Positions 18,050 to 27,636 of a stretch of 64,000 nt of DNA are shown piece after piece (the first letter of the stretch is position 1; every line of letters starts with the position of its first letter). Location: contig JBEKIT010000010.1 in NCBI GenBank assembly GCA_050011555.1, positions 18,720 through 82,719 on the forward strand, in the 5' to 3' direction. This DNA is from Candidatus Dormibacteria bacterium (GTDB taxonomy: Bacteria > Chloroflexota > Dormibacteria > Aeolococcales > Aeolococcaceae). The position numbers and the translations under genes were made by a program. Below the pieces are notes generated by a model. That model saw only the letters and a list, made by a program, of their open reading frames with translations, did no database searches and was not told the origin of the DNA.

Positions 18050-20002
18050 TCAAGGCCGCAAGCCGGCCACCGCCTCGGTGACGATGGCCGCGACCGCGCG
18101 ATGCAGCGCGGCATTGCGGCCGCGCTCGGTGCGGACCTCGACGAGCTGCACGCCGCCCGCCGCCCGGGCCCGGTCGACCGCGGTCACCAGCTCTCCGGCG
18201 CGCTCGACCAGGTGATGCCCGGCGCCGGCGGCGGCGGCCAGCGCGGCCGGCTCGACGCCGTGCGGGGTGGCGAAGAGAGCCTCGTGCTCGGGCAGACGAG
18301 CCTGGTCCAGGATGTCGAAGATCCCGCCGCCGTCATTGTTGACGACAACAATGACCAGATCATGGCCGCGCCGGGCGCCCCAGATCAGCCCCCCGGCATC
18401 GTGGAGGAGGGCCAGATCGCCGAGCAGGGCGAAGGTGCGGGTGCCACCCGCGCCGGGGAGCGTGCGGGTGCCGGCCGCGGGGGAAGAGGAAGCGGCGCCC
18501 GCGGCCAGCCCCAGCGCGGTGGAGACCGACCCGTCGATGCCGCTCGCCCCCCGGTTGCCCACCACCCGGAGCCCGCTCCGCGGCAGCATGAAGCCGTCGA
18601 GATCGCGGATCGGCATGCTCGACCCGGCGAAGAGGAGAGCACCGTCGGGGAGGCGGGCGGCGACGTCGCGGGCCACCCGGCCCTCGAACGGCTCGTCGCC
18701 GAGCCCGTCCATCCAGGCGGCGACGGCGCCCGCGGCGCAGCGGTCGGCCTCCGCCCACGCCCGCCCCCAGGCTGTGGGGCTCCGCGGTGACAGCCGGTCG
18801 GCGAGGGCGGCCGCGAGCGGGACCGGGTCGCAGCGCACGGTCATCCAGGCGGCCCGGCCCGGGTCCGCCTCCGCTCCCGGCGGGGTGACCACCACCAGCC
18901 GCAGGGAGCCGGCGGAGGTCGCCAGCGCGGACCGGCTGGTGGGGGTGGCGCCGACCTGGATGGTCAGGTCGGGGACGTGGGTCGCAGCGAAGGGGGCGGC
19001 GCCGAGCAGGAGCACGCCGGCCTCCAGGGCCGGGGGGCCGGTGCGCAGGCCCGAGGTGGGCTCGGCGATCAGCGGCCACGCGGCCAGGGTGGCCAGCCGC
19101 GCGAGGGCGCTGTTGCCGCCGGCACCGGGCGTCGCCGGGAGGCCGCCGGCCAGCACCAGACCGCGCTCGGTGGCCCGGATCAGCGCGGCCAGCTCCTCGA
19201 CCACGGCCGGGTCGGGGGCGGTCGGGGAGCTGGCGGCCGCCCGCTCGGGGAGCGTCGGGGTCGTGGCGGCGGCCCAATCTGAACCGGACTGCGACATGTC
19301 GACGGCCGGGTCGGGATCGGTCGGCGAGGGGGCGGCGGCCCGCTCGGAAAGGGTGATCGGGGCAGGTGGCGCGTCCGGCACGGGGACAGCACCCGGGGTG
19401 AGGCCGCCATCCGCCGAGAGCTCGAGGGTCACCGCCGCCCCTGACGGCACCAGGGGCTCGGCGAACGGGAGGTTGAGGTGCACCGGCCCCGGGTGCCCGC
19501 CCACCGCGCGGGCCACCGCCTCGGCCGCCAGGGAACGCCAGGCGCGAGCCGCACCGGCCCCCGGCGCGGGCAGGGGGGCGTCCACCGACCAGCGTGCGAA
19601 GCCCCCGAAGATGTCCACCTGGTCGATGGTCTGGTTGGCCCCGGTGCCGCGCAGCCCGGGAGGCCGGTCGGCGGAGAGGAGCAGCAGGGGGACCGCCGAC
19701 ATCGAGGCCTCGACCACCGCCGGCAGCCAGTTGGCGACCGCTGTCCCCGAGGTGCACACCAGGGCGATCGGGCGGCTGGCGGCCCGGGCCAGGCCCACGG
19801 CGTAATAGCCGGCGGAGCGCTCGTCGAGGTGGACGTGGACCCGGAAGCCACCGTGCCGAGCGAAGGCGAGCGCCAGCGGGGTGGAGCGCGAACCCGGTGA
19901 GATGCAGGCGTCCCGGAGGCCCAGGTGGTGGAGCTCACCGGCGAATTGAGCCATGCAGGCGAGAGCGATGTCGCCGTCGGTCGGGCTGTCGGGGATGGTC
20001 AC
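18050..20002 (-). CDS. menD: 2-succinyl-5-enolpyruvyl-6-hydroxy-3-cyclohexene-1-carboxylate synthase
   Basis: ThDP-enzyme motifs [45 protein letters not shown] and GASGIDG. GTG 20002 overlaps the menC stop (GTGA). About 650 aa, which is long because of an insert. Confidence 0.9.
   Translation of the reverse strand: MTIPDSPTDGDIALACMAQFAGELHHLGLRDACISPGSRSTPLALAFARHGGFRVHVHLDERSAGYYAVGLARAASRPIALVCTSGTAVANWLPAVVEASMSAVPLLLLSADRPPGLRGTGANQTIDQVDIFGGFARWSVDAPLPAPGAGAARAWRSLAAEAVARAVGGHPGPVHLNLPFAEPLVPSGAAVTLELSADGGLTPGAVPVPDAPPAPITLSERAAAPSPTDPDPAVDMSQSGSDWAAATTPTLPERAAASSPTAPDPAVVEELAALIRATERGLVLAGGLPATPGAGGNSALARLATLAAWPLIAEPTSGLRTGPPALEAGVLLLGAAPFAATHVPDLTIQVGATPTSRSALATSAGSLRLVVVTPPGAEADPGRAAWMTVRCDPVPLAAALADRLSPRSPTAWGRAWAEADRCAAGAVAAWMDGLGDEPFEGRVARDVAARLPDGALLFAGSSMPIRDLDGFMLPRSGLRVVGNRGASGIDGSVSTALGLAAGAASSSPAAGTRTLPGAGGTRTFALLGDLALLHDAGGLIWGARRGHDLVIVVVNNDGGGIFDILDQARLPEHEALFATPHGVEPAALAAAAGAGHHLVERAGELVTAVDRARAAGGVQLVEVRTERGRNAALHRAVAAIVTEAVAGLRP
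19203..19350. repeat. In-frame 99-nt-period direct duplication inside menD
   Basis: The 49-nt copies at 19203-19251 and 19302-19350 have 41 of 49 identical bases. They encode (L)xERAAAxSPTxPDPAV twice, 33 codons apart. Confidence 0.75.
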
Positions 20003-20865
20003 GGGCGGCGGACGAGCAGCAGGTCGGGCTCGACGCGGCGGGGGACGAGCCTCCCCCCGAGGGGGCGGAGCGGGTTGGCGGTGACGTCCTCGGCGAGCAG
20101 CGGGGCGGTGCCGATGCCGTGGGCGTACCCGGAGCCGGGGAGGGCCGCGGCCACCGCCAGGCAGGCCGCCAGACCGACCGAGGTCTCCAGGGCGCTGGAG
20201 ACGACCACCGGGACGCCGGCCGCCAGCTCGGCGGCGAGCAGGGCGGCGGCGATGCCCCCGATGCGCTGGGGCTTGACGACCAGCACGTCCGCGGCGTCCA
20301 GGCGGCGCATCTCGACGACGTCCTCCATGCAGCGGATCGCCATCTCGGCGGCGACCGGCACCGGGCTGCGGCGGCGGAGAGCGGCCAGGTCGCGGAGTCC
20401 GGTGACCGGGTCCTCGACCAGCTCGATCCCCCAGGCCGCGAGCCGGGCCAGCGCGCCGACCGCCTCGTCGAGCGCCCATGCGCCGTTGGCGTCGACCCGG
20501 ATCCGGACGCGGGGGCCGACCGCCTCCCGCACCGCCCGCACCCGGGCCTCTCCGTCGGGGTCTCCGACCTTGACCTTCACCGTGGCGCAGCCGGAGATCA
20601 CCGCCATCCGGGCGGCGAGCTGCGGGGCGACTCTCGGGATCATGGTGTTGATCTCCACGGGGCTGACCACCGGCTCGGGGAAGGGCTGGTCGGCGGCCTC
20701 CAGCGCCCCCCGGTAGGCGGCCACGTTCTCCTCGCGGCTCCAGCTCGGGAGGGGGGACCACTCCGCCCACCCGGCGTCGCCTTCGATCAGCCAGCCGGCG
20801 CGGGAGGTCACCCCGAGCACCGGTTGGCGGAGCGCCACTGTGAAGGGGATCTGGCGGGTGGCCAT
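19999..20865 (-). CDS. menC: o-Succinylbenzoate synthase (enolase superfamily, short actinobacterial type)
   Basis: [14 protein letters not shown] and ELVEDP metal-ligand motifs. 288 aa, lying between menD and the other men genes. Confidence 0.85.
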   Translation of the reverse strand: MATRQIPFTVALRQPVLGVTSRAGWLIEGDAGWAEWSPLPSWSREENVAAYRGALEAADQPFPEPVVSPVEINTMIPRVAPQLAARMAVISGCATVKVKVGDPDGEARVRAVREAVGPRVRIRVDANGAWALDEAVGALARLAAWGIELVEDPVTGLRDLAALRRRSPVPVAAEMAIRCMEDVVEMRRLDAADVLVVKPQRIGGIAAALLAAELAAGVPVVVSSALETSVGLAACLAVAAALPGSGYAHGIGTAPLLAEDVTANPLRPLGGRLVPRRVEPDLLLVRRP

Positions 20866-20904
20866 AGCCGGTCCTATACCACGCTCGGACAGTGGGGGGT
20901 GAGC

Positions 20905-21396
20905 TCAGCTGGGGTCGCCGGCCCGGGTCAGCCTGACCACCGGGATCTCCCGATCGGTCTTGCGCTGGTAGCTGGCGTAGCGGGGCGCGCTGGCGTAGAT
21001 GCTGCGGAGGGCCTCCTCCCGTCGCGCGTCGAGCAGCGATTCGCCGGCCACCCTGAGAGTGCGGTTGCCGACCTGCACCCAGACCTGGTCGGGGTGCCGC
21101 GCCAGGTTGTGGAACCACGCTGGGTGGCTGGCGGCGCCCGCGTTGGACGCCACCACCAGCCAGGCGTCGTCGCCGTCGGGGAAGCCGCCGACCACGACGG
21201 TGCGCCGCGTCCCCGTCCTCGCCCCCACCGTGGTCAGCAGCAGCGCCGGAAAGCCGAAGGTCCGTTGCTGCTCCGGGCCGGTGGCCCGGCGGTAGCGCGA
21301 GATCTGGATCCGCGCCATGGGAGCGAAGATGAAGCGGAGCACGGCAGCGGGGCTGCGGGCGCCGCGGGTGCCGCGCGGGGGGACCTCGACGGTCAT
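20905..21396 (-). CDS. Deazaflavin (F420)-dependent nitroreductase/quinone reductase, Ddn family
   Basis: 163 aa from ATG 21396, preceded by [26 protein letters not shown]...[30 protein letters not shown] is the family signature. Confidence 0.85.
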   Translation of the reverse strand: MTVEVPPRGTRGARSPAAVLRFIFAPMARIQISRYRRATGPEQQRTFGFPALLLTTVGARTGTRRTVVVGGFPDGDDAWLVVASNAGAASHPAWFHNLARHPDQVWVQVGNRTLRVAGESLLDARREEALRSIYASAPRYASYQRKTDREIPVVRLTRAGDPS

Positions 21397-21443
21397 GATC
21401 CGTCCTCCTGAGTGCCGGGCTGGCAGGTCTCGATGGTCAGCTT

Positions 21444-22400
21444 CTACCAGAGGTGCGCCATCCCGACCGCGTGGGGGAGGAGCGCGGCGGCGAGCAGGGC
21501 GGCGGCGAGCAGCACGCCGAGGGCCAGGTGGAGGCGGGCGGTGAGGGGGAGAAGGGGCACCAGACCGCGGCCCTGGAGATGGCGGCTCCCGGCGACTCGG
21601 AGTGGGCTGACCAGGGAGGGGACGGCCAGCAGCGAGACCAGGGCCAGCAGGGGAAGCTGGCCCAGCAGCACCCCGACGGTGGGCACGAGCACGCCGGCCA
21701 CGATGAGCGCTTCGTAGAGGCGGCGCGCCGGACCATCGCCGAGCCGGACCACCAGGGTGTGGCGGCCCGCGTCCCGGTCGGTGGCGAGGTCGCGGAGGTT
21801 GTTGGCGACCAGCACCGCCACCGCGGGCAGCCCGATCGCCACCGCCGCCCACCAGGCCCGCGCCGGGACGCCCGAGCCCTGCACGGCGGCGCTCCCGACG
21901 GTCGCCATCAGGCCGAAGAAGGCGAACACGGCGAGGTCCGCCAGCACCCCGGTGGCGGCGTAGGGGCGCGGACCGCCGGTGTAGAGGAGGGCCGCGGCGA
22001 GGGCCGCGGCTCCGGCCAGGACCAGCCATCCCAGGCCGCTCGCCAGGGCCAGCCAGAGGCCGATCGCGGTGGCGATCATCAGGCAGGCGAGGGCGACGGT
22101 CAGGACCGCGCCGGGCCGCACCAGCCCGCTCGCGGTGAGTCGGCGGGGACCGACCCGCGCGGCGGTGTCCACCCCGCGACGGCCGTCGAAGTAGTCGTTG
22201 GCGAGGTTGGCGCCCACCTGGAGCCCCACCGCCACCACCAGCGCGCCGGCCGTCGGCCACGCCTTGGGGTGCCCGCTGGCCGCCGCGCCGAGCAGCACCG
22301 GCACCGCCCCGACGCCGAGGGTGCGGGGGCGCGCCCCCGCCCACCAGAGGCGGGCGACGTCACCGGGGCCTCGCCGGCCGGCGAGCGGTGCGGCCGTCAC
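21444..22400 (-). CDS. menA: 1,4-dihydroxy-2-naphthoate polyprenyltransferase (UbiA family)
   Basis: The ANDYFDGRRGVD motif, about 8 TM helices, and men-cluster context. Confidence 0.85.
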   Translation of the reverse strand: MTAAPLAGRRGPGDVARLWWAGARPRTLGVGAVPVLLGAAASGHPKAWPTAGALVVAVGLQVGANLANDYFDGRRGVDTAARVGPRRLTASGLVRPGAVLTVALACLMIATAIGLWLALASGLGWLVLAGAAALAAALLYTGGPRPYAATGVLADLAVFAFFGLMATVGSAAVQGSGVPARAWWAAVAIGLPAVAVLVANNLRDLATDRDAGRHTLVVRLGDGPARRLYEALIVAGVLVPTVGVLLGQLPLLALVSLLAVPSLVSPLRVAGSRHLQGRGLVPLLPLTARLHLALGVLLAAALLAAALLPHAVGMAHLW

Positions 22401-22470
22401 CGAAGGCGGGGCGCGGGCCGGGGCCCGGCGGCGACGGCGCTCCGGCCGGCGACCGTCGCAGTCACCGGGG

Positions 22471-23313
22471 TCACGGCCGGCGCGGGAAGCGCGAGAAGTC
22501 GGGGCTCCGCTTCTCCAGGAAGGCGTCCCTCCCCTCCTGCGCCTCCTCGCCCATGTAGTAGAGGAGGGTGGCGTCGCCGGCGAGCTGCTGGATCCCCGCC
22601 AGGCCGTCCTGGTCGGCGTTGAACCCGGCCTTGAGCAGGCGCAGCGAGAGCAGGCTCATCTCCAGGATCCGCCTGCAGACCGCCACGGTGCGGGCCTCCA
22701 GCTCGGCCACCGGCACCACCCAGTTGACCAGCCCCCATCGCTCGGCGGTGGCGGCGTCGTACTGCTCGCAGAGGAACCACACCTGCTTGGCCCGCTTGAG
22801 GCCAACGGTCCTGGCCAGCAGCCCCGCGCCGTAACCGGCGTCGAAGGAGCCGACCTTCGGCCCGGTCTGGCCGAAGACGGCGTTGTCGGCGGCGACGGTC
22901 AGGTCGCAGACCAGGTGGAGGACGTGGCCGCCCCCGATCGCGTAGCCCGCCACCATGGCGATGACCGGCTTGGGCAGGCGCCGGATCTGGACCTGGAGAT
23001 CGAGGACGTTGAGACGGCCCATACCATGGGCGTCGCGATAGCCGTCGTCGCCGCGAACCCGCTGGTCCCCGCCCGAGCAGAACGCCAGGTCGCCCGCGCC
23101 GGTGAGCACCACCACCCCCACGTCGGGGTCGTCGCGGGCCAACTCGAAAGCACGGGAGAGCTCGAAGAGGGTGGTCGGGCGGAAGGCGTTGCGCACCTCC
23201 GGCCGGTTGATGGTGAGCTTGGCGATGCCCTCGGCGGTCTCGTAGCGAATGTCGCTGAATTCGCCGTGGGAGGTCCACTCGGGAGGCTGGGGGACGGCTT
23301 CATCTGGGCTCAT
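22471..23313 (-). CDS. menB: 1,4-dihydroxy-2-naphthoyl-CoA synthase (crotonase family)
   Basis: [43 protein letters not shown] and C-terminal [14 protein letters not shown]. Start is ATG 23313, with an alternative TTG at 23337. Confidence 0.9.
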   Translation of the reverse strand: MSPDEAVPQPPEWTSHGEFSDIRYETAEGIAKLTINRPEVRNAFRPTTLFELSRAFELARDDPDVGVVVLTGAGDLAFCSGGDQRVRGDDGYRDAHGMGRLNVLDLQVQIRRLPKPVIAMVAGYAIGGGHVLHLVCDLTVAADNAVFGQTGPKVGSFDAGYGAGLLARTVGLKRAKQVWFLCEQYDAATAERWGLVNWVVPVAELEARTVAVCRRILEMSLLSLRLLKAGFNADQDGLAGIQQLAGDATLLYYMGEEAQEGRDAFLEKRSPDFSRFPRRP

Positions 23314-23338
23314 CGCGCTGTCGGTTAGCGTACTCAAC

Positions 23339-24535
23339 GTGAAGCAAGCGGCGAGCGCGGTGCGGCTCCGGCGGGGGGACGTGGTGGCGGTCGCCCTGCC
23401 CCCCGGGGAGGCGTGGGCGGAGATCGCCGCCGTGGCCTGGGCCGCCGAGGCCGCGCTCCTGCCCGTGGATCACCGGCTGCCCGAGCCGGCGGCGCGGGAT
23501 CTGCTGGCGCGCGGGGAGCCGACGGCGATCCTCTCCGACGACGGCCTCCGGCGCCTGTCCGCGGGGCGGCCGGCCGACCCCGCGGTGGCGCTGGTGATCC
23601 CGACCTCCGGCTCCTCCGGCCGGCCCCGCCTGGTGGAGCTGAGCCGGACCGCGGTCGAGGCGGCGGTCGGGTCCTCCCTCCGCGCCCTCGCCGCCGGCGC
23701 CGGTGACGGCTGGGTGAGCTGTCTGCCGCTCGCCCACATCGGCGGGCTGCTGGTGCTGCTGCGTGCGCTCCTGGGAGGTGCCCCGCTCATCTTCCGCTCC
23801 GCCGGGGAGCTGGATCCGTCGGGCGGGTACCCCTTCATCTCGATCGTGCCCACCCAATTGGCCCGGGCGCTCGACGCCGGCGTCGACCTGGGCGGCTACC
23901 GGGCCATGGTGGTCGGGGGAGGGGGGATGGAGAGGGCGCTCGAGGAACGGGCCGCCGAGAGCGGGGCCAGGTGCGTGGTCACCTACGGCCTCACCCAGAG
24001 CTGTGGCGGGGTCGTCTACGACGGGCTCCCGCTCCCGGGCGTCGGGGTGCGGGTCACCGGCGGCGGCGAGGTCCAGCTGGGTGGACCGACGCTCCTCAGC
24101 GGGTACCGCGACGGCGACGGCGACGGTCTCACCGCCGATGGCTGGCTCCCCACCGGGGACGCCGGATGGCTCGACGACGGAGGACGGCTGCATCTCCAGG
24201 GGCGGCTCGACGACCTCATCGTCACCGGCGGCGAGAACGTCTGGCCCGGGGAGGTCGAGGCCGCCCTGCGCAGCCATCCCGCCGTCGCCGACTGCGCGGT
24301 CTTCGGACGTCCCGACGCCACCTGGGGGCAGCGCGTGGTGGCGGCGGTGGTGCCGCGCAACCCCGCAGCGCCTCCAACGCTGGAGGAGCTGCGCGACCAC
24401 GTGGGCGCCGTGATGGGCCGCCACCGGGCGCCCCGCGAGCTGGTCATCGTGGAGGAGCTGAAGCGCACCGCGCTGGGCAAGCTGCGCCGGGAAGAGCTGG
24501 CGGACGGTTCAGGGAGCGGCGAAGCCCCGGGCTGA
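23339..24535 (+). CDS. menE: o-Succinylbenzoate-CoA ligase (adenylate-forming enzyme)
   Basis: AMP-binding core [20 protein letters not shown]-like [14 protein letters not shown] and the terminal K in ALGKLRR. The GTG 23339 start is inferred. Confidence 0.8.
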   Translation: MKQAASAVRLRRGDVVAVALPPGEAWAEIAAVAWAAEAALLPVDHRLPEPAARDLLARGEPTAILSDDGLRRLSAGRPADPAVALVIPTSGSSGRPRLVELSRTAVEAAVGSSLRALAAGAGDGWVSCLPLAHIGGLLVLLRALLGGAPLIFRSAGELDPSGGYPFISIVPTQLARALDAGVDLGGYRAMVVGGGGMERALEERAAESGARCVVTYGLTQSCGGVVYDGLPLPGVGVRVTGGGEVQLGGPTLLSGYRDGDGDGLTADGWLPTGDAGWLDDGGRLHLQGRLDDLIVTGGENVWPGEVEAALRSHPAVADCAVFGRPDATWGQRVVAAVVPRNPAAPPTLEELRDHVGAVMGRHRAPRELVIVEELKRTALGKLRREELADGSGSGEAPG

Positions 24536-24550
24536 CCCGATGCCGCCCGG

Positions 24551-25570
24551 GTGACGGAGATGGGTCACCGAGTCCACCCCGACCGGCGGATGATGATGGG
24601 CGCGATGGCGCAGCCGCCGGCCACGACCCGGTCACCCGGACTTGGCGAGAACGGCGCTGGCGAGACCGGCCCAGATCCCGAAGGCGCATTCCTCGCGACG
24701 GACGACGACGGCTTCCTGGTGAGCGACAGCCGCCTCTGGCGCCTCCCGACCGACCTCGACGCCTGGGTCGGCTGGGTGGGAGCCGTGATGGTGGCGGTTG
24801 CCGCGTGCGAGACCCTGGCCTTCCTGATCGTGGCGGCGCTGGACGGATGGGTGCCCGGCCTCGGCAACGTAACGCTCCCCCGGCCCGACGGCTACTACAC
24901 CCTCCTCCTGCTCGGCGGCGTCCTGGTCCTGGTCCTCCGGCGCGGGGGCGCCGGCAGCACCGGACGGCCGCGCTGGGCGCGCGGTGCCGCGTGCCTCGCC
25001 GCCGGCACCGGGGGGGCTCTGGTCGTCGCCGGACTGGTGAGCAACATCGCCACTCTCGTCAACCCCTCCGGCTCGGTGGCCGGGACCGTGGCCGACCCGT
25101 ACGCGCCGCCCGAGGTCGCCGGGGTGGTGATCGGCGCGGTGGCGGGCTGTGTTGGCGCGCTCCTGGCCGCGTTCGCGGCGGGGCTCGCCGTCCTGCTGTA
25201 CCGGCGGTTGCAGCTCGAGGAGGCGGAAGCCGGAGCCGACGAGGGCCCGCGCCTCGGGCGGGTCGTTCCGATGGGCCCGGTGATGGCCTCGCTCCTCATC
25301 GGCGTCGCCGCCGCCGTGGGCTGCATGGTCGCCTTCCAGGCCGGGGTCGCGAGCAAACCGAACGACCTGCTCTCGATCCCCCCCGAGGCCTCCGCCGTTC
25401 CCGTCACCACCCTGCCCGCGCCGATCCCGGAGTCGATTCCCGGGCAGGTCACGACCGGCCCAGTTCCCTCGGGATGCTCCGTGGAGGACTCGGGCGTCGG
25501 TGTCATCATCTCCTGCCCCTTCTCGAAATCCACCCCCGTCGCCACGGCCGCACCTGGCCCGCTGACCTGA
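24551..25570 (+). CDS. Hypothetical polytopic membrane protein inside the men cluster
   Basis: 339-aa ORF with 5-6 hydrophobic helices and high GC3. It sits 15 nt after the menE stop and 39 nt before menG. No family recognised. Confidence 0.6.
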   Translation: MTEMGHRVHPDRRMMMGAMAQPPATTRSPGLGENGAGETGPDPEGAFLATDDDGFLVSDSRLWRLPTDLDAWVGWVGAVMVAVAACETLAFLIVAALDGWVPGLGNVTLPRPDGYYTLLLLGGVLVLVLRRGGAGSTGRPRWARGAACLAAGTGGALVVAGLVSNIATLVNPSGSVAGTVADPYAPPEVAGVVIGAVAGCVGALLAAFAAGLAVLLYRRLQLEEAEAGADEGPRLGRVVPMGPVMASLLIGVAAAVGCMVAFQAGVASKPNDLLSIPPEASAVPVTTLPAPIPESIPGQVTTGPVPSGCSVEDSGVGVIISCPFSKSTPVATAAPGPLT

Positions 25571-25609
25571 GCGAGACCGCGAACCCTGGCGCGCCTCGGC
25601 GATGATGGG

Positions 25610-26305
25610 ATGACCGTGACCGTCCCCACCCCTCTGCCCGACATGGCCGAGAAGGCCCGGGTCGTCGAGGAGATGTTCGACCGGATCGCCCCCCGGTACG
25701 ACCTCATGAACCACCTGATGACCGGCGGGCTCGACCTGGTCTGGCGGCGCCGCGCGGTCGGCGAGCTCCGCCTCCCGCGGGGCGCGACGGTTGCCGACCT
25801 CGCCTGCGGACCGGGCGAGTTCTGCCGGGAGCTCCACCGGCAGGGCTATCGCACCATCGGTGTCGACAGCTCGGCGGGGATGCTCGCCCGTGCCCGCGGC
25901 GCCGACCGTCTGGTCCGGGCCGACATCCTCGACCTCCCCTTCGAGCCGGCGAGCGTCGACGGGGTCACCTCGGGGTTCGCCCTGCGCAACGTGGTCGACA
26001 TCGGGCGCTGCGCCGCCGAGATGGCCCGGGTGGTACGCCCGGGAGGCCGGGTGGCGGTGCTCGACCTGGCCGAGCCGCGGCCCGCGACCCGCTGGATCCG
26101 GGCCACCTGGGTCGACCGCGTGGTTCCCCGCCTGGGCGCCCTCCTCTCGGACGGCGAGGCCTACCGCTACCTCCCCGCCTCCACCGCCTACCTCCCCGAC
26201 GGCCCCACCCTGGTGGGGATCTTCCGGGAGGCCGGCTTCGACGACACGCGCCGGACCCTGCTCGGCTTCGGCACCGTGCAGCTGCTGGTCGGGACCCGGC
26301 GATGA
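25610..26305 (+). CDS. menG: Demethylmenaquinone methyltransferase (UbiE/MenG)
   Basis: FDRIAPRYDLMNHLMTGGLDLVWRR, DLACGPG and FALRNV are classic UbiE/MenG motifs. Confidence 0.85.
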   Translation: MTVTVPTPLPDMAEKARVVEEMFDRIAPRYDLMNHLMTGGLDLVWRRRAVGELRLPRGATVADLACGPGEFCRELHRQGYRTIGVDSSAGMLARARGADRLVRADILDLPFEPASVDGVTSGFALRNVVDIGRCAAEMARVVRPGGRVAVLDLAEPRPATRWIRATWVDRVVPRLGALLSDGEAYRYLPASTAYLPDGPTLVGIFREAGFDDTRRTLLGFGTVQLLVGTRR

Positions 26306-27615
26306 CCGCGGCGTCGCCGGGCGCGATCCTCCCCCGCCGGGCCGGTGACCCCGGGGCGGACCTCGACCTGCTGGCGTCCTGGCGATCCGGTGGCTTCCTC
26401 ATGGAGCGCGAGGGCACCGGGGTCGTCACCCTCGGGGAGCTGCGCAGGATCGAGGTGCCCGCGGGGCGGGGGCAGGCGTCGCGGGCGGCGAGCCTGGCCG
26501 ACGCGGCGCTCGCCGATCTCCACGTCGACGGGGCGGTGATCGCGGCCGCCCTCCCCTTCGCGGGGGACGCGCCGGCCCACCTGCTCGTGCCGGAGCGGGT
26601 GCGGGTCACCTCCATCGCCCCGCGGGAGCTGGACCTGGCGGCTCGGGACGGCCGCCAGGCGGCAGCCTTCGCCCCGTCACGGTCCGCCGCCCAAGCGGCG
26701 GCGGAGCGAGGTGCCCACCGGGCCCCTCCCTCCACCTCGGCGCGGATCGAACCGATGCGCTGGCGAGCCCACCCGCCGCTCGACGCCTACGCCGGTGCGG
26801 TCGCCGAGGCGATCTCGCGGATCCGCGCCGGCAGGCTGGAGAAGGTGGTGCTGGCCCGAAGCCTGGTGGCGTCCAACCCCGGCATGGAGACGCGCGCCCT
26901 GCTCGCCGAGCTGCGCCGGCGGGATCCCGGGTGCCATCTCTTCGCCGCTCCCGCCTTCGCCGCCGGGGAGATCGGCGACTTCGTCGGCGCCACCCCCGAG
27001 ACGCTGATCCGGCGCGAGGGCGACCGGGTGCTGTCGCTTCCCCACGCTGGCACCGCAGCCCGCTCGCCCGACCCGGCGCGCGACCGCCAGGTCGCCGAGG
27101 CCCTGCTCCTCTCGGCGAAGAACCGGCACGAGCACGCCGCGGTGGTGGAGGCGGTGGCGGACGCGCTTCAACCCCACTGCGCGGAGCTGCGGGTCGATCC
27201 CGAACCTCACCTCGCCGCGACGGCCACCGTCTGGCACCTGGCAACCGCGGTGCGGGGAAGGCTGCGGCCGTCGGCGCCGGGCGCGCTCTCGCTGGCCGCA
27301 GCGCTCCACCCCACCCCCGCGGTCTGCGGCACCCCGACCGCCGCGGCCGCAGAGCTGATCGCGGAGCTCGAGCCCGGCTCGCGAGGGCTCTACGCCGGCC
27401 TGGTCGGCTGGGTGGACAGCCGCGGGGACGGGGAGTGGGCGGTCAGCCTGCGCTGCGCCCTGGTGACCCGGGCGGCGGTACGCATCCACGCGGGCGCCGG
27501 CATCGTCGCCGAATCGCAGCCCGACCTGGAGGTCGCCGAGACCGAGGTCAAGTTCCGGACCCTGATCGACGCGCTGGAGGCCTGCCCGCCGGCCGCGGGC
27601 GGGGCTCCGGAATAG
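26302..27615 (+). CDS. menF: Isochorismate synthase
   Basis: Chorismate-binding C-terminal motifs LHPTPAVCGTP, GLYAGLVGW, IHAGAGIV and E..E...K. Overlaps menG as ATGA. Confidence 0.85.
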   Translation: MTAASPGAILPRRAGDPGADLDLLASWRSGGFLMEREGTGVVTLGELRRIEVPAGRGQASRAASLADAALADLHVDGAVIAAALPFAGDAPAHLLVPERVRVTSIAPRELDLAARDGRQAAAFAPSRSAAQAAAERGAHRAPPSTSARIEPMRWRAHPPLDAYAGAVAEAISRIRAGRLEKVVLARSLVASNPGMETRALLAELRRRDPGCHLFAAPAFAAGEIGDFVGATPETLIRREGDRVLSLPHAGTAARSPDPARDRQVAEALLLSAKNRHEHAAVVEAVADALQPHCAELRVDPEPHLAATATVWHLATAVRGRLRPSAPGALSLAAALHPTPAVCGTPTAAAAELIAELEPGSRGLYAGLVGWVDSRGDGEWAVSLRCALVTRAAVRIHAGAGIVAESQPDLEVAETEVKFRTLIDALEACPPAAGGAPE

Positions 27616-27636
27616 CGGCCGGACGAGGCCAGCCCG

